Source of the DNA: the human T2T-CHM13v2.0 reference genome, Homo sapiens
NCBI RefSeq assembly: GCF_009914755.1
Contig: NC_060940.1
Strand: one strand, 5' to 3'
DNA: 64,000 bases
In this document: in pieces, positions 28,764 through 42,400 of the stretch
How positions within the stretch are numbered: the first letter of the stretch is position 1
How the letters are laid out: every line of letters starts with the position of its first letter
Made by a program: the position numbers and the translations under genes
The notes under the pieces: generated by a model
What the model was told of the DNA's origin: nothing
Database searches by the model: none
The model's input: only the letters and a program-made list of their open reading frames with translations

Positions 28764-31700
28764 TCAACGATGATTTGATTCGTGTCCATTCGATGATTCC
28801 ATTTGAATCCACTTGATGATGATTCCAATCGAGTCCATTTGATGATTCCATTCAATTCCATTCTCCGATGATTTCTTTTGAGCCCACTCAATGCTTCCAC
28901 TCGATTCCATATGATGATGACTCCATTCGATGAAATTCGATGATGATTCCATTCGCTTGCTTTCGATGTTGATTCCACTTGAGTCCGGTAGAAGGTTCTA
29001 TTCAATTACATTCCATGACGATTCCGTTCGAGTCCATTTGATGATTCCATTAGACTCCATTCGACGATGATTCCATTCGATGTTATTCGATGTTTCCATT
29101 CGATCTCATTCGATGATGATTCCCTTCAACTCCATTCGATGTTTCCATTCGAGTTCATTCTATTATTCCATTAGATTCCATTCGATGATGATTCCATTCG
29201 ATTCCATTTGATGATTGCATTCTATTTCATTTGATGGTGATTCCTTTCGAGTCCACTCGATGATTCCATTCGAGTCCATTTAATGAATCCATTGGTTTCA
29301 ATTCTATGATGATTACATTGGATTCCATTCGTTGATGATTTCATTCGGTTCCATTCAATGATGATTCTATTCAATTCCTTTCAATGTTTTCATTCAATTC
29401 CATACGATGATGATTCCATTTGATTTGATTCGACAGTGAGCCATTCGATTCAATTCCATGATGATTCTATTTGATTCAATTGGTTGACATTTCCATTCGA
29501 TTCCATTCGATGATGATTCCCTTTGATTCCATTCAAAGATGATTCCATTCTAGCCCATTCAATCATTCCATTCGATTCTATTCAATGATGATTCCATTCA
29601 TGTCGATTTGATGATTCCATTTGACTTCATTTGATGATGATTCCTTTCAAGTTCATTAGATGATTCCATTCGATTCCATTTGATGATGATCCCATTCGAG
29701 TCCATTCAGTGATTCCATTCGTTTCCATTCCATGATGATTCCATTCCTTTCCATTCAATGATTCCATTCGATTCCGTTTGATGATGATTTCATTCGAGTC
29801 CATTTGATGATTCCATTTGATTCCATTCGATGATGACTCCATTCGAGTCCATTCGATGATTCTATTCGAATCCATTTGATGATTTCTTTTGATTATATTT
29901 GGTGATGATTCCATTGGAGTCCATTCAATGATTCCATTCTATTCCAATCGATGATGATTCCATTAGAGTCCATTTAATGATTCCATTTGATTCCAGTCTC
30001 TGATGATTACATTCGAGTCCATACGATGATTCCACTCAATTCCATATGATGATGATTCCATTTGATTCCATTCGGTGATTCCATTCTATTCTATTCAATG
30101 GTGATTCCATGCGAGTACATTAGATGATTCCATTCGATTCCATTCAATGATGATTCTATTTGTGTCCCTTAGATGATTCCACATGATTCCATTAGATGAT
30201 GATACTATTTGAGCCCATCCAATGATTCCCTTCGATTCCATTCGATGAGGATTCCATTCGATTCAATTCATTGGTGATTCTATTCAATTCAATTCTTTGA
30301 TTCCATTCCATTCCACTCGACAATGATTCCATTCGATTTCTTTCGATGATTCCACTCGATTCCACTTGACATTGATTCCATTCGATTCCATTCAATGATT
30401 CCATTTGATTCCAGTGGATGATGATTGCCATCGATTCCATTCGATCACTCCATTCTATTCCATTTGATGATGATTACATTCGATTCCATTTGATGATTCC
30501 ATCTGATTCTATTCGAGGATTCCATTTGATTCCATTCGATGATGATTCCATTCGAGTCCATTCGATGATTTCATTCGAGTACATCCAATGATTCCATTCG
30601 AGTCCATTAGATGATTCCATTTGATTCCATTTGAAAATGATTCTACTAGAGTCCATTCAATGACTCCATTCGAGTCCATTCAACAATTCCATTCGACTCC
30701 ATTCGATGATTCCATTCGATTCCATTTGATGGTGCCATTCGAGTCCATTTAATCATTACAGTCGAGTCCATTTGGTGATTCCACTGGATTTCTTTTGACA
30801 ATGATACCATTCAATTACATTTGATGATGATCCCATTCAATTTCATTTGATGATGATTCCCTTAGAGTCCATTCGATGATTTCATTCGAGTCCTTTCATT
30901 GATTCCATCCGATTTCATTTGATGATGACTCCATTCGAGTCCATTCGATGATTCCACTCGATTCCATTAGATGATTCCATTGGAGTCCATTTGATTGTTC
31001 CATTCGATTCCATTCGATTCCTTTCGAAGATTATTCCATTTGAGTCCATTCGATGATGATTCCATTCCATTCCATTCGATGATTCCGTTTGATTCCATTC
31101 GATGATTCCCTTCGATTCCTTTCTTTGATGATTCCATTCCATTCCATTCAATGATTCCATTCGAATCTATTCCATGATGATTCCTTTCGATTCCATTCGC
31201 TGATGTTTCCGTTCAATTCCATTCGATGATGATTCCATTCGATTCCATTCATTGAGGATTCCATTTGATTCCATTCAATGATGATTCCGTTCTATTCCAT
31301 TCAATGATTGCATTCAATTCCATTCAATGATTATCCCATTAGAGTAAACTCAACGATTCCATTAAATACCATTCGATGATGATTCCTTTTGAGTCCATTC
31401 AATGATTTCATTCAAGTCCATTTGATGATTCCTTTCAATTCCATTCTATGATGATTCCATTCGAGTCCATTCGATGATTCCATTCGATTGCATTCGATGA
31501 TTCCATTATATTCCATTCAACGATGATTCCATTCGAGTCCATTCGATGATTCCATTAGAGTACATTTAATGATTGCTTTGTTTTCAATTCGAAGATGATT
31601 ACATTGGATTCCATTCTATGATACCATTCGATTCCATTCAATGATGATTCCACTCAAATCCATTGGATGATTCCATTCGTGTCCATTCGGTGATTTCATT

Positions 31701-34700
31701 AGATTCCATTCGAGGATGATTCCATTCGATTCCATTCGATGATTCCATTCAATTCCATTCGATGATGATTCCATTCCAGTCCATATGATCATTCCATTTG
31801 ATTTCATTCGATGATGATTCCATTCGATTCCATTCGATGATTCCATTCTATTCCATTCGATGATGATTCCATTCGAGTCCATTCGATGATTCCATTCGAG
31901 TCCATTTAATGATTCCATTGGGTTCAATTCAATGATGATTACGTTGGATTCCTTTCTATGATTCCATTCAATTCCGTTCATTGACAATTTGATTCCATTC
32001 GATGATGATTCCATTTGAGTTCATTCGATGATTCTATTCGATTCTCTTCGATGGTGATTCAATTCTATTATATTGGATGATTCCATTCGATTCCATTTGA
32101 TGTTGATTCAATTCGATTCTATTCGATGATGATTCCATTGGATTTCACTTGATGATTCTATTCGATTCCATTCAATGATGATTCACTTCTCGTCCATTGG
32201 ATGATTCCATTTCATTCCATTCGATGATGATTCCATTCGATTCCATTCGATGATTCCATTCGATTCCATGCGACGGTGAGCAATTCGATTCAATTCCATG
32301 ATGATTCTATTTGATTCAATTAGATGATGTTTCCATTCGAATCCATTCCATGATTATTCCATTGGAATCCATTAGGCGATGCTTCCATATGAGTCAATTC
32401 AATGATGATTCCATATGGGTCCGTTCGATGATAATTCCATTTGATTTCATTCGATGCTTCTATTCAATTCCAGTCGATGATGATTCCGTTGGAGTCCATA
32501 CGATGATTCCATTTGATTTCATTTGATGATGATTCCATTCGATGATGATTACATTGGATTCCATTCTATGATTCCATTCAATTCCATTCGTTGATGATTC
32601 GATTCCATTCAATGATGATTCCATTTGAGTTCATTCGATGATTCTATTCGATTCCGTTCGATGGTGATTCAATTCTATTATATTGGATGATTCCACTCGA
32701 TTCCATTTGATGATTATTCCATTGGAGTCCACTTAGTGAATCCTTTAGATTCTACTCGAAGATGATTCCATTCGAGTCCATTCGATGATACCATTCAATT
32801 CCATTCGTTGATGCTTCCATTAAAGTGCATTCGATGATATCATTCGATTCCATTTGATGATAATTCCATTTGATTCCACGCGATGATTCTATTCGATTCC
32901 ATTCAATGATAATTCCATTCAATTCAGTGATTCCACTGGACTCCATTTGATGATGATTCCATTCAATGATTCCATTCGATTCTATTCGAAAATGATACCA
33001 TTTGAATCCATTTGATGATGATTCCATTAGATTCCATTTGATGATTCCATTCGATTCCATTTGACGATGATTCCATTCGATTCCATTTGATGATTCCATT
33101 CTATTCTATTTGATGATGATTCCATTCGATTCCATTTGATGATGATTGGATTCGATTCCATTTGATGATTTCATTTGATTCCATTCGTTAATGATATCGA
33201 TCAATTCCATTCGATGATTCCATTCGATTTCATTCGATAATGATTACATCCGGGTCCATTCGATGATTCCATTTGAGCCTGTTCGATAATTCCATTTGAG
33301 TCCAACCAATGATTCCATTCATTTCCATTCAATGATTCCATTCGAGTCCATTTGATCATTCCGGTAGGGTCCATTCGATGTTGATTCCATTGGAGTGCAT
33401 TCGATGATTCCATTCGAGTCCATTTTATGATTTGATTCGAGTCCTTTCGATGATTCCATTCGATTCCACTCGATGATGATTTCATTCGAGTCCATTCGAC
33501 ACTTCCAATCGATTCCATTTGATGTTTCCATTCGAGTCCAATTGATGATTCCATTCAATTCCATTCGATGATGATTCCGTACGATTCCATTCTGTGATGA
33601 TTCCATGTGATTGCATTCAATGATGATTCCTTTCGATTGCATTCGATTATGATTCATTTCGTGTTCATTCTATGGTTCCACAGGTTTCCATTCGATGACG
33701 TTTCCGTTCGTGTCCATTCCATTATTCCATTCTATTTCATTTGATGATGATTCCATTCGATTCCATTCATTGGTGATTCCACTCAATTCCATTCAATGAT
33801 TCCATTCCATTTCTTTCAACAATGATTCCATTAGTTTCTATTCGATGATCCACTTGATTCCATTTGGCGATGATTCCATTCGTGTCCATTCGATGATTCC
33901 ATTTGATTCCATATGATGATGATTCCATTCGATTCCATACCATGATGATTCCATTCGAGTCCATTCAATGGTGATTCCATTCAATTCCATTCGATGATTC
34001 CTTCCGATTCCATTCGATGATGATGGCATTCGATTCCTTTCAATCGTTCCCTTTGATTCCATTCAAAGGTGATTTCATTCAAGTCCATTCGATAATTGCA
34101 TTCGATTCCATTCTATGATGATTCCATTCGAGTCCATTTGATGATTCCATTCAATTCAAGTCAATGATGATTCCATTCGATTCCACTCGATGATTCCATT
34201 GGATTCCATTCGATGATGATTCCATTCAAATCCATTCGATAATTCAATTCAAGTCCATTCGATGATGATTCCAATCGAATCCATTCAAAGATTACATTCA
34301 ATTCCATTCGATGATGATTCCCTTAGATTCCATTTGATGATTCCACTTGATTCCATTTACGATGATTCCATTCGATTCCATGTGATGAATCCATTCAATT
34401 CTATTCAATGATGTTTCCATTTGATTCCATTGGACCATGATTGCCTTTGATTCCATTCAATGATTCCATTCGGTTCCTTTTGATGATGATTCCGTTCGAT
34501 TCCATTTGATGATTCCATTTGATTCCATTGGATGAGTCCATTCGATTACATTCGATGATTAATCCATTCGAGTGCATTAGATGATTGCATTCGAGTCCAT
34601 TCGATGATTCCATTCGATTCCATTCGATGTTGATTCTGTTCAAATCCATTCGATGATGCCACTCGATTCCATTCGATGACTCCATTTGATCCCATTCGAT

Positions 34701-34894
34701 GATTTCCTGTGATTCCCTTTGATGATCATTCTATTTGATTCAATTCGGTGATTTCATTTGATTCCATTCAGTGATGTTTCCATTCGACTGTATTCCATGA
34801 TGATTCCATTCGACTCCATTCGATTATGATTTCATTCAATTCCATTCAATAATGATTCCCTTCGAGTCCATTCGATGATTCCATTCGATTCCAT
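28764..34894 (+). repeat. Full-length unit, 6131 bp (longest in window; used as reference)
   Basis: Anchor spacing 28764 to 34895; contains all marker segments seen in the other units. Confidence 0.93.
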
Positions 34895-37800
34895 TCAACG
34901 ATGATTTGATTCGTGTCCATTCGATGATTCCATTTGATTCCACTTGATGATGATTCCATTCGAGTCCATTTGATGATTCCATTCAATTCCATTCTCCGAT
35001 GATTTCTTTTGAGCCCATTCAATGCTTCCACTCGATTCCATATGATGATGACTCCATTCGATGAAATTCGATGATGATTCCATTCGCTTGCGTTCAATGA
35101 TGATTCCACTTGAGTCCGTTAGAAGATTCTATTCAAATACATTCCATGACGATTCCGTTCGAGTCCATTTGATGATTCCATTAGACTCCATTCGACGATG
35201 ATTCCATTCGATGTTATTCGATGATTCCATTCGATCTCATTCGATGATGATTCCATTCAACTCCATTCGATGTTTCCATTCGAGTTCATTCTATTATTCC
35301 ATTAGATTCCATTCGATGATGATTCCATTCGATTCCATTTGATGATTGCATTCTATTTCATTTGATGATGATTCCATTCGAGTCCACTCGATGATTCCAT
35401 TCGAGTCCATTTAATGAATCCATTGGTTTCAATTCTATGATGATTACATTGGATTCCATTCGTTGATGATTTCATTCGGTTCCATTCAATGATGATTCCA
35501 TTCAATTCCTATCAATGTTTCCATTCAATTCCATACGATGATGATTCCATTTGATTTGATTCGACAGTGAGCCATTCGATTCAATTCCATGATGATTCTA
35601 TTTGATTCAATTGGTTGACATTTCCATTCGATTCCATTCGATGATGATTCCCTTTGATTCCATTCAAAGATGATTCCATTCTAGGCCATTCAATCATTCC
35701 ATTCGATTCTATTCAATGATGATTCCATTCATGTCGATTTGGTGATTCCATTTGACTTCATTTGATGATGATTCCTTTCAAGTTCATTAGATGATTCTAT
35801 TCGATTCCATTTGATGATGATCCCATTCGAGTCCATTTGATGATTCCATTCGTTTCCATTCCATTATGATTCCATTCCATTCCATTCAATGATTCCATTC
35901 GATTCCGTTTGGTGATGATTTCATTCGAGTCCATTTGATGATTCCATTTGATTCCATTCGATGATGATTCCATTCGAGTCCATTCGATGATTCTATTCGA
36001 ATCCATTTGATGATTTCTTTTGAGTATAGTTGGTGATGATTCCATTGGAGTCCATTCAATGATTCCATTCGATTCCAATCGATGGTGATTCCATTAGAGT
36101 CCATTTAATGATTCCATTTGATTCCAGTCTCTGATGATTACATTCGAGTCCATACGATGATTCCACTCAATTCCATATGATGATGATTCCATTCGATTCC
36201 ATTCGATGATTCCATTCTATTCTAATCGATGATGATTCCATTCGATTCCATTCGATGATGATTGGATTCGATTCCATTTGATGATTTCATTTCATTCCAT
36301 TCGTTAATGATTTCGTTCAACTCCATTCGATGATTCCATTTGATTCCATTCGATAATGATTACATCCGAGTCCATTCGATGATTCCATTCGATGATGATT
36401 CCATTCCAGTCCATTCGATGATTTCATTCGAGTACATCCAATGATTCCATTCGAGTCCATTTGATGATTCCATTTGATTCCATTTGATTATGATTCTACT
36501 AGAGTCCATTCAATGACTCCATTCGAGTCCATTCAACAATTCCATTCGACTCCATTCGATGATTCCATTGGATTCCATTTGATGATTCCTTTCGAGTCCA
36601 TTTAATCATTGCAGTCGAGTCCATTTGGTGATTCCGCTGGATTTCCTTTGATAATGATACCATTCAATTTCATTTGATGATGATTCCATTAGAGTCCATT
36701 CGATGATTTTATTCGAGTCCCTTCATTGATTCCATCCGATTTCATTGGATGATGACTCCATTCGAGTCCATTCGATGATTCCACTCGATTCCATTAGATG
36801 ATTCCATTGGAGTCCATTTGATTGTTCCATTCGATTCCATTCGATTCCTTTCGAAGATTATTCCATTTGAGTCCATTCGATGATGATTCCATTCCATTCC
36901 ATTCGATGATTCCGTTTGATTCCATTCGATGATTCCCTTCGATTCCTTTCTTTGATGATTCCATTCCATTCCATTCAATGATTCCATTCGAATCTATTCC
37001 ATGATGATTCCTTTCGATTCCATTCGCTGATGTTTCCGTTCAATTCCATTCGATGATGATTCCATTCGATTCCATTCATTGAGGATTCCATTTCATTCCA
37101 TTCAATGATGATTCCATTCTATTCCATTCAATGATTGCATTCAATTCCATTCAATGATCATCCCCTTAGAGTAAACTCAACGATTCCATTCAATACCATT
37201 CGATGATGATTCCTTTTGAGTCCATTCAATGATTTCGTTCAAGTCCATTTGATGATTCCTTTCAATTCCATTCTATGATGATTCCATTCGAGTCCATTCG
37301 ATGATTCCATTCGATTACATTCGTCGATTCCATTATATTCCATTCAACGATGATTCCATTCGAGTCCATTCGATGATTCCATTAGAGTACATTTAATGAT
37401 TGCTTTGTTTTCAATTCGAAGATGATTACATTGGATTCCATTCTATGATACCATTCGATTCCATTCAATGATGATTCCACTCAAATCCATTGGATGATTC
37501 CATTCGTGTCCATTCGGTGATTTCATTAGATTCCATTCGAGGATGATTCCATTCGATTCCATTCGATGATTCCATTCAATTCCATTCGATGATGATTCCA
37601 TTCGAGTCCATATGATCATTCCATTTGATTTCATTCGATGATGATTCCATTCGATTCGATTCGACGATTCCATTCTATTCCATTCGATGATGATTCCATT
37701 CGAGTCCATTCGATGATTCCATTCGAGTCCATTTAATGATTCCATTGTGTTCAATTCAATGACGATTACATTGGATTCCGTTCTATGATTCCATTCAATT

Positions 37801-39479
37801 CCGTTCATTGACAATTTGATTCCATTCGATGATGATTCCATTTGAGTTCATTCGATGATTCTATTCGATTCTCTTCGATGGTGATTCAATTCTATTATAT
37901 TGGATGAATCCATTCGATTCCATTTGATGTTGATTCAATTCGATTCTATTCGATGATGATTCCATTGGATTTCACTTGATGATTCTATTCGATTCCATTC
38001 AATGATGATTCACTTCTCGTCCATTGGATGATTCCATTTCATTCCATTTGATGATGATTCCATTCGATTCCATTCGACGATTCCATTCTATTCCATTCGA
38101 TGATGATTCCATTCGAGTCCATTCGATGATTCCATTCGAGTCCATTTAATGATTCCATTGTGTTCAATTCAATGACGATTACATTGGATTCCGTTCTATG
38201 ATTCCATTCAATTCCGTTCATTGACAATTTGATTCCATTCGATGATGATTCCATTTGAGTTCATTCGATGATTCTATTCGATTCTCTTCGATGGTGATTC
38301 AATTCTATTATATTGGATGAATCCATTCGATTCCATTTGATGTTGATTCAATTCGATTCTATTCGATGATGATTCCATTGGATTTCACTTGATGATTCTA
38401 TTCGATTCCATTCAATGATGATTCACTTCTCGTCCATTGGATGATTCCATTTCATTCCATTCGATGATGATTCCATTCGATTCCATTCGATGATTCCATT
38501 TGATTCCATGCGACGGTGAGCAATTCGATTCAATTCCATGATGATTCTATTTGATTCAATTAGATGATGTTTCCATTCGAATTCGTTCCATGATTATTCC
38601 ATTGGAATCCATTCGGCGATGATTCCATATGAGTCAATTCAATGATGATTCCATATGGGTCCGTTCGATGATAATTCCATTTGATTTCATTCGATGCTTC
38701 TATTGTATTCCAGTCGATGATGATTCCGTTGGAGTCCATACGATGATTCCATTTGATTTCATTTGATGATGATTCCATTCGATGATGATTACATTGGATT
38801 CCATTCTATGATTCCATTCAATTCCATTCGTTGATGATTCGATTCCATTCAATGATGATTCCATTTGAGTTCATTCGATGATTCCATTCGATTCCATTCG
38901 ATGATGATTGGATTCGATTCCATTTGATTATTTCATTTCATTCCATTCGTTAATGATTTCGATCAATTCCATTCAATGATTCCATTCGATTCCATTCGAT
39001 AATGATTACATCCGAGTCCATTCGATGATTCCATTTGAGCCTGTTCGATAATTCCATTTGAGTCCAACCAATGATTCCATTCATTTCCATTCAATGATTC
39101 CATTCGAGTCCATTTGATCATTCCGGTAGGGTCCATTCGATGTTGATTCCATTGGAGTGCATTAGATGATTCCATTCGAGTCCATTCGATGATTCCATTC
39201 GATTCCATTCGATGTTGATTCTGTTCAAGTCCATTCGATGATTCCAATGGATTCCATTCGAGGACTCCTATTGATCCCATTCGATGATTTCCTTTGATTC
39301 CCTTTGATGATCATTCCATTTGATACAATTCGGTGATTTCATTTGATTCCATTCAGTGATGTTTCCATTCGACTCCATTCGATGATGATTCCATTCGACT
39401 CCATTCGATTATGATTTCATTCAATTCCATTCGATAATGATTCCCTTCGAGTCCATTCGATGATTCCATTCGATTCCAT
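34895..39479 (+). repeat. 4585-bp chimeric unit containing the junction of the 16.7-kb duplication
   Basis: Forward jump at ~36220, backward jump at ~36390, then 4.45-kb-type sequence with the 413-bp duplication (37841 to 38254). Confidence 0.85.
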
Positions 39480-42400
39480 TCAACGATGATTTGATTCGTG
39501 TCCGTTCGATGATTCCATTTGATTCCACTTGATGATGATTCCATTCGAGTCCATTTGATGATTCCATTCAATACCATTCTCCGATGATTTCTTTTGAGCC
39601 CACTCAATGCTTCCACTCGATTCCATATGATGATGACTCCATTCGATGAAATTCGATGATGATTCCATTCGCTTGCTTTCGATGATGATTCCACTTGAGT
39701 CCGTTAGAAGATTCTATTCAATTACATTCCATGACGATTCCGTTCGAGTCCATTTGATGATTCCATTAGACTCCATTCGACGATGATTCCATTCGATGTT
39801 ATTCGATGATTCCATTGGATCTCATTCGATGATGATTCCATTCAACTCCATTCGATGTTTCCATTCGAGTTCATTCTATTATTCCATTAGATTCCATTCG
39901 ATGATGATTCCATTCGATTCCGTTTGATGATTGCATTCTATTTCATTTGATGATGATTCCATTCGAGTCCACTCAATGATTCCATTCGAGTCCATTTAAT
40001 GAATCCATTGGTTTCAATTCCATGATGATTACATTGGATTCCATTCGTTGATGATTTCATTCGGTTCCATTCAATGATGATTCCATTCAATTCCTTTCAA
40101 TGTTTCCATTCAATTCCATACGATGATGATTCCATTTGATTTGATTCGACAGTGAGCCATTCGATTCAATTCCATGATGATTCTATTTGATTCAATTGGT
40201 TGACATTTCCATTCGATTCCATTCGATGATGATTCCCTTTGATTCCATTCAAAGATGATTCCATTCTAGCCCATTCAATCATTCCATTCGATTCTATTCA
40301 ATGATGATTCCATTCATGTCGATTTGGTGATTCCATTTGACTTCATTTGATGATGATTCCTTTCAAGTTCATTAGATGATTCCATTCGATTCCATTTGAT
40401 GATGATTCCATTCCATTCCATTCAATGATTCCATTCGATTCCGTTTGATGATGATTTCATTCGAGTCCATTTGATGATTCCATTTGATTCCATTCGATGA
40501 TGATTCCATTCGAGTCCGTTCGATGATTCTATTCGAATCCATTTGATGATTACTTTTGATTATATTTGGTGATGATTCCATTGGAGTCCATTCAATGATT
40601 CCATTCGATTCCAATCGATGGTGATTCCATTAGAGTCCATTTAATGATTCCATTTGATTCCAGTCTCTGATGATTACATTCGAGTCCATACGATGATTCC
40701 ACTCAATTCCATATGATGATGATTCCATTCGATTCCATTCGATGATTCCATTCTATTCTATTCAATGGTGATTCCATTCGAGTACATTAGATGATTCCAT
40801 TCGATTCCATTCAATGATGATTCTATTTGTGTCCCTTAGATGGTTCCACATGATTCCATTAGATGATGATACTATTTGAGCCCATCCAATGATTCCCTTC
40901 GATTCCATTCGATGAGGATTCCATTCGATTCAATTCATTGGTGATTCTATTCAATTCAATTCTTTGATTCCATTCCATTCCATTCGACAATGATTCCATT
41001 CGATTTCTTTCGATGATTCCACTCGATTCCACTTGACATTGATTCCATTCGATTCCATTCAATGATTCCGTTTGATTCCAGTGGATGATGATTGCCATCG
41101 ATTCCATTCGATCACTCCATTCTATTCCATTTGATGATGATTACATTCGATTCCATTTGATGATTCCATCTGATTCTATTCGAGGATTCCATTTGATTCC
41201 ATTCGATGATGATTCCATTCGAGTCCATTCGATGATTTCATTCGAGTACATCCAATGATTCCATTCGAGTCCATTTGATGATTCCATTTGATGCCATTTG
41301 ATTATGATTCTACTAGAGTCCATTCAATGACTCCATTCGAATCCATTCAACAATTCCATTCGAGTCCATTCGATGATTCCATTTCATGATTCCATTCGAG
41401 TCCATTTAATCATTACAGTCGAGTCCGTTTGGTGATTCCACTGGATTTCTTTTGATAATGATACCATTCAATTACATTTGATGATGATCCAATTCAATTT
41501 CATTTGATGATGATTCCATTAGAGTCCATTCGATGATTTCATTCGAGTCCCTTCATTGATTCCATCCGATTTCATTTGATGATGACTCCATTCGAGTCCA
41601 TTCGATGATTCCACTCGATTCCATTAGATGATTCCATTGGAGTCCATTTCATTGTTCCATTCGATTCCATTCGATTCCTTTCGAAGATTATTCCATTTGA
41701 GTCCATTCGATGATGATTCCATTCCATTCCATTCGATGATTCCGTTTGATTCCATTCGATGATTCCCTTTGATTCCTTTCTAGGATGATTCCATTCCATT
41801 AAATTCAATGATTCCATTCGAATCTATTCCATGATGATTCCTTGCGATTCCATTCGCTGATGTTTCCGTTCAATTCCATTCGGTGATGATTCCATTCGAT
41901 TCCATTCATTGAGGATTCCATTTGATTCCATTCAATGATGATTCCGTTCTATTCCATTCAATGATTGTATTCAATTCCATTCAATGATTATCCCCTTAGA
42001 GTAAACTCAACGATTCCATTCAATACCATTCGATGATGATTCCTTTTGAGTCCATTCAATGATTTCATTCAAGTCCATTTGATGATTCCTTTCAATTCCA
42101 TTCTATGATGATTCCATTCGAGTCCATTCGATGATTCCATTCAATTGCATTCGATGATTCCATTATATTCCAGTCAACGATGATTCCATTCGAGTCCATT
42201 CGATGATTCCATTAGAGTACATTTAATGATTGCTTTGTTTTCAATTCGAAGATGATTACATTGGATTCCATTCTATGATACCATTCGATTCCATTCAATG
42301 ATGAGTCCACTCAAATCCATTGGATGATTCCATTCGTGTCCGTTCGGTGATTTCATTAGATTCCATTCGAGGATGATTCCATTCGATTCCATTCGATGAT

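Larger units (their letters stand above)
20275..36390 (+). repeat. Left copy of ~16.7-kb tandem super-duplication
   Basis: ORF-track offsets to the right copy are 16768 (20675/37443, 22712/39480), 16719 (28764/45483) and 16706 (34895/51601), with shared private variants. Confidence 0.92.
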
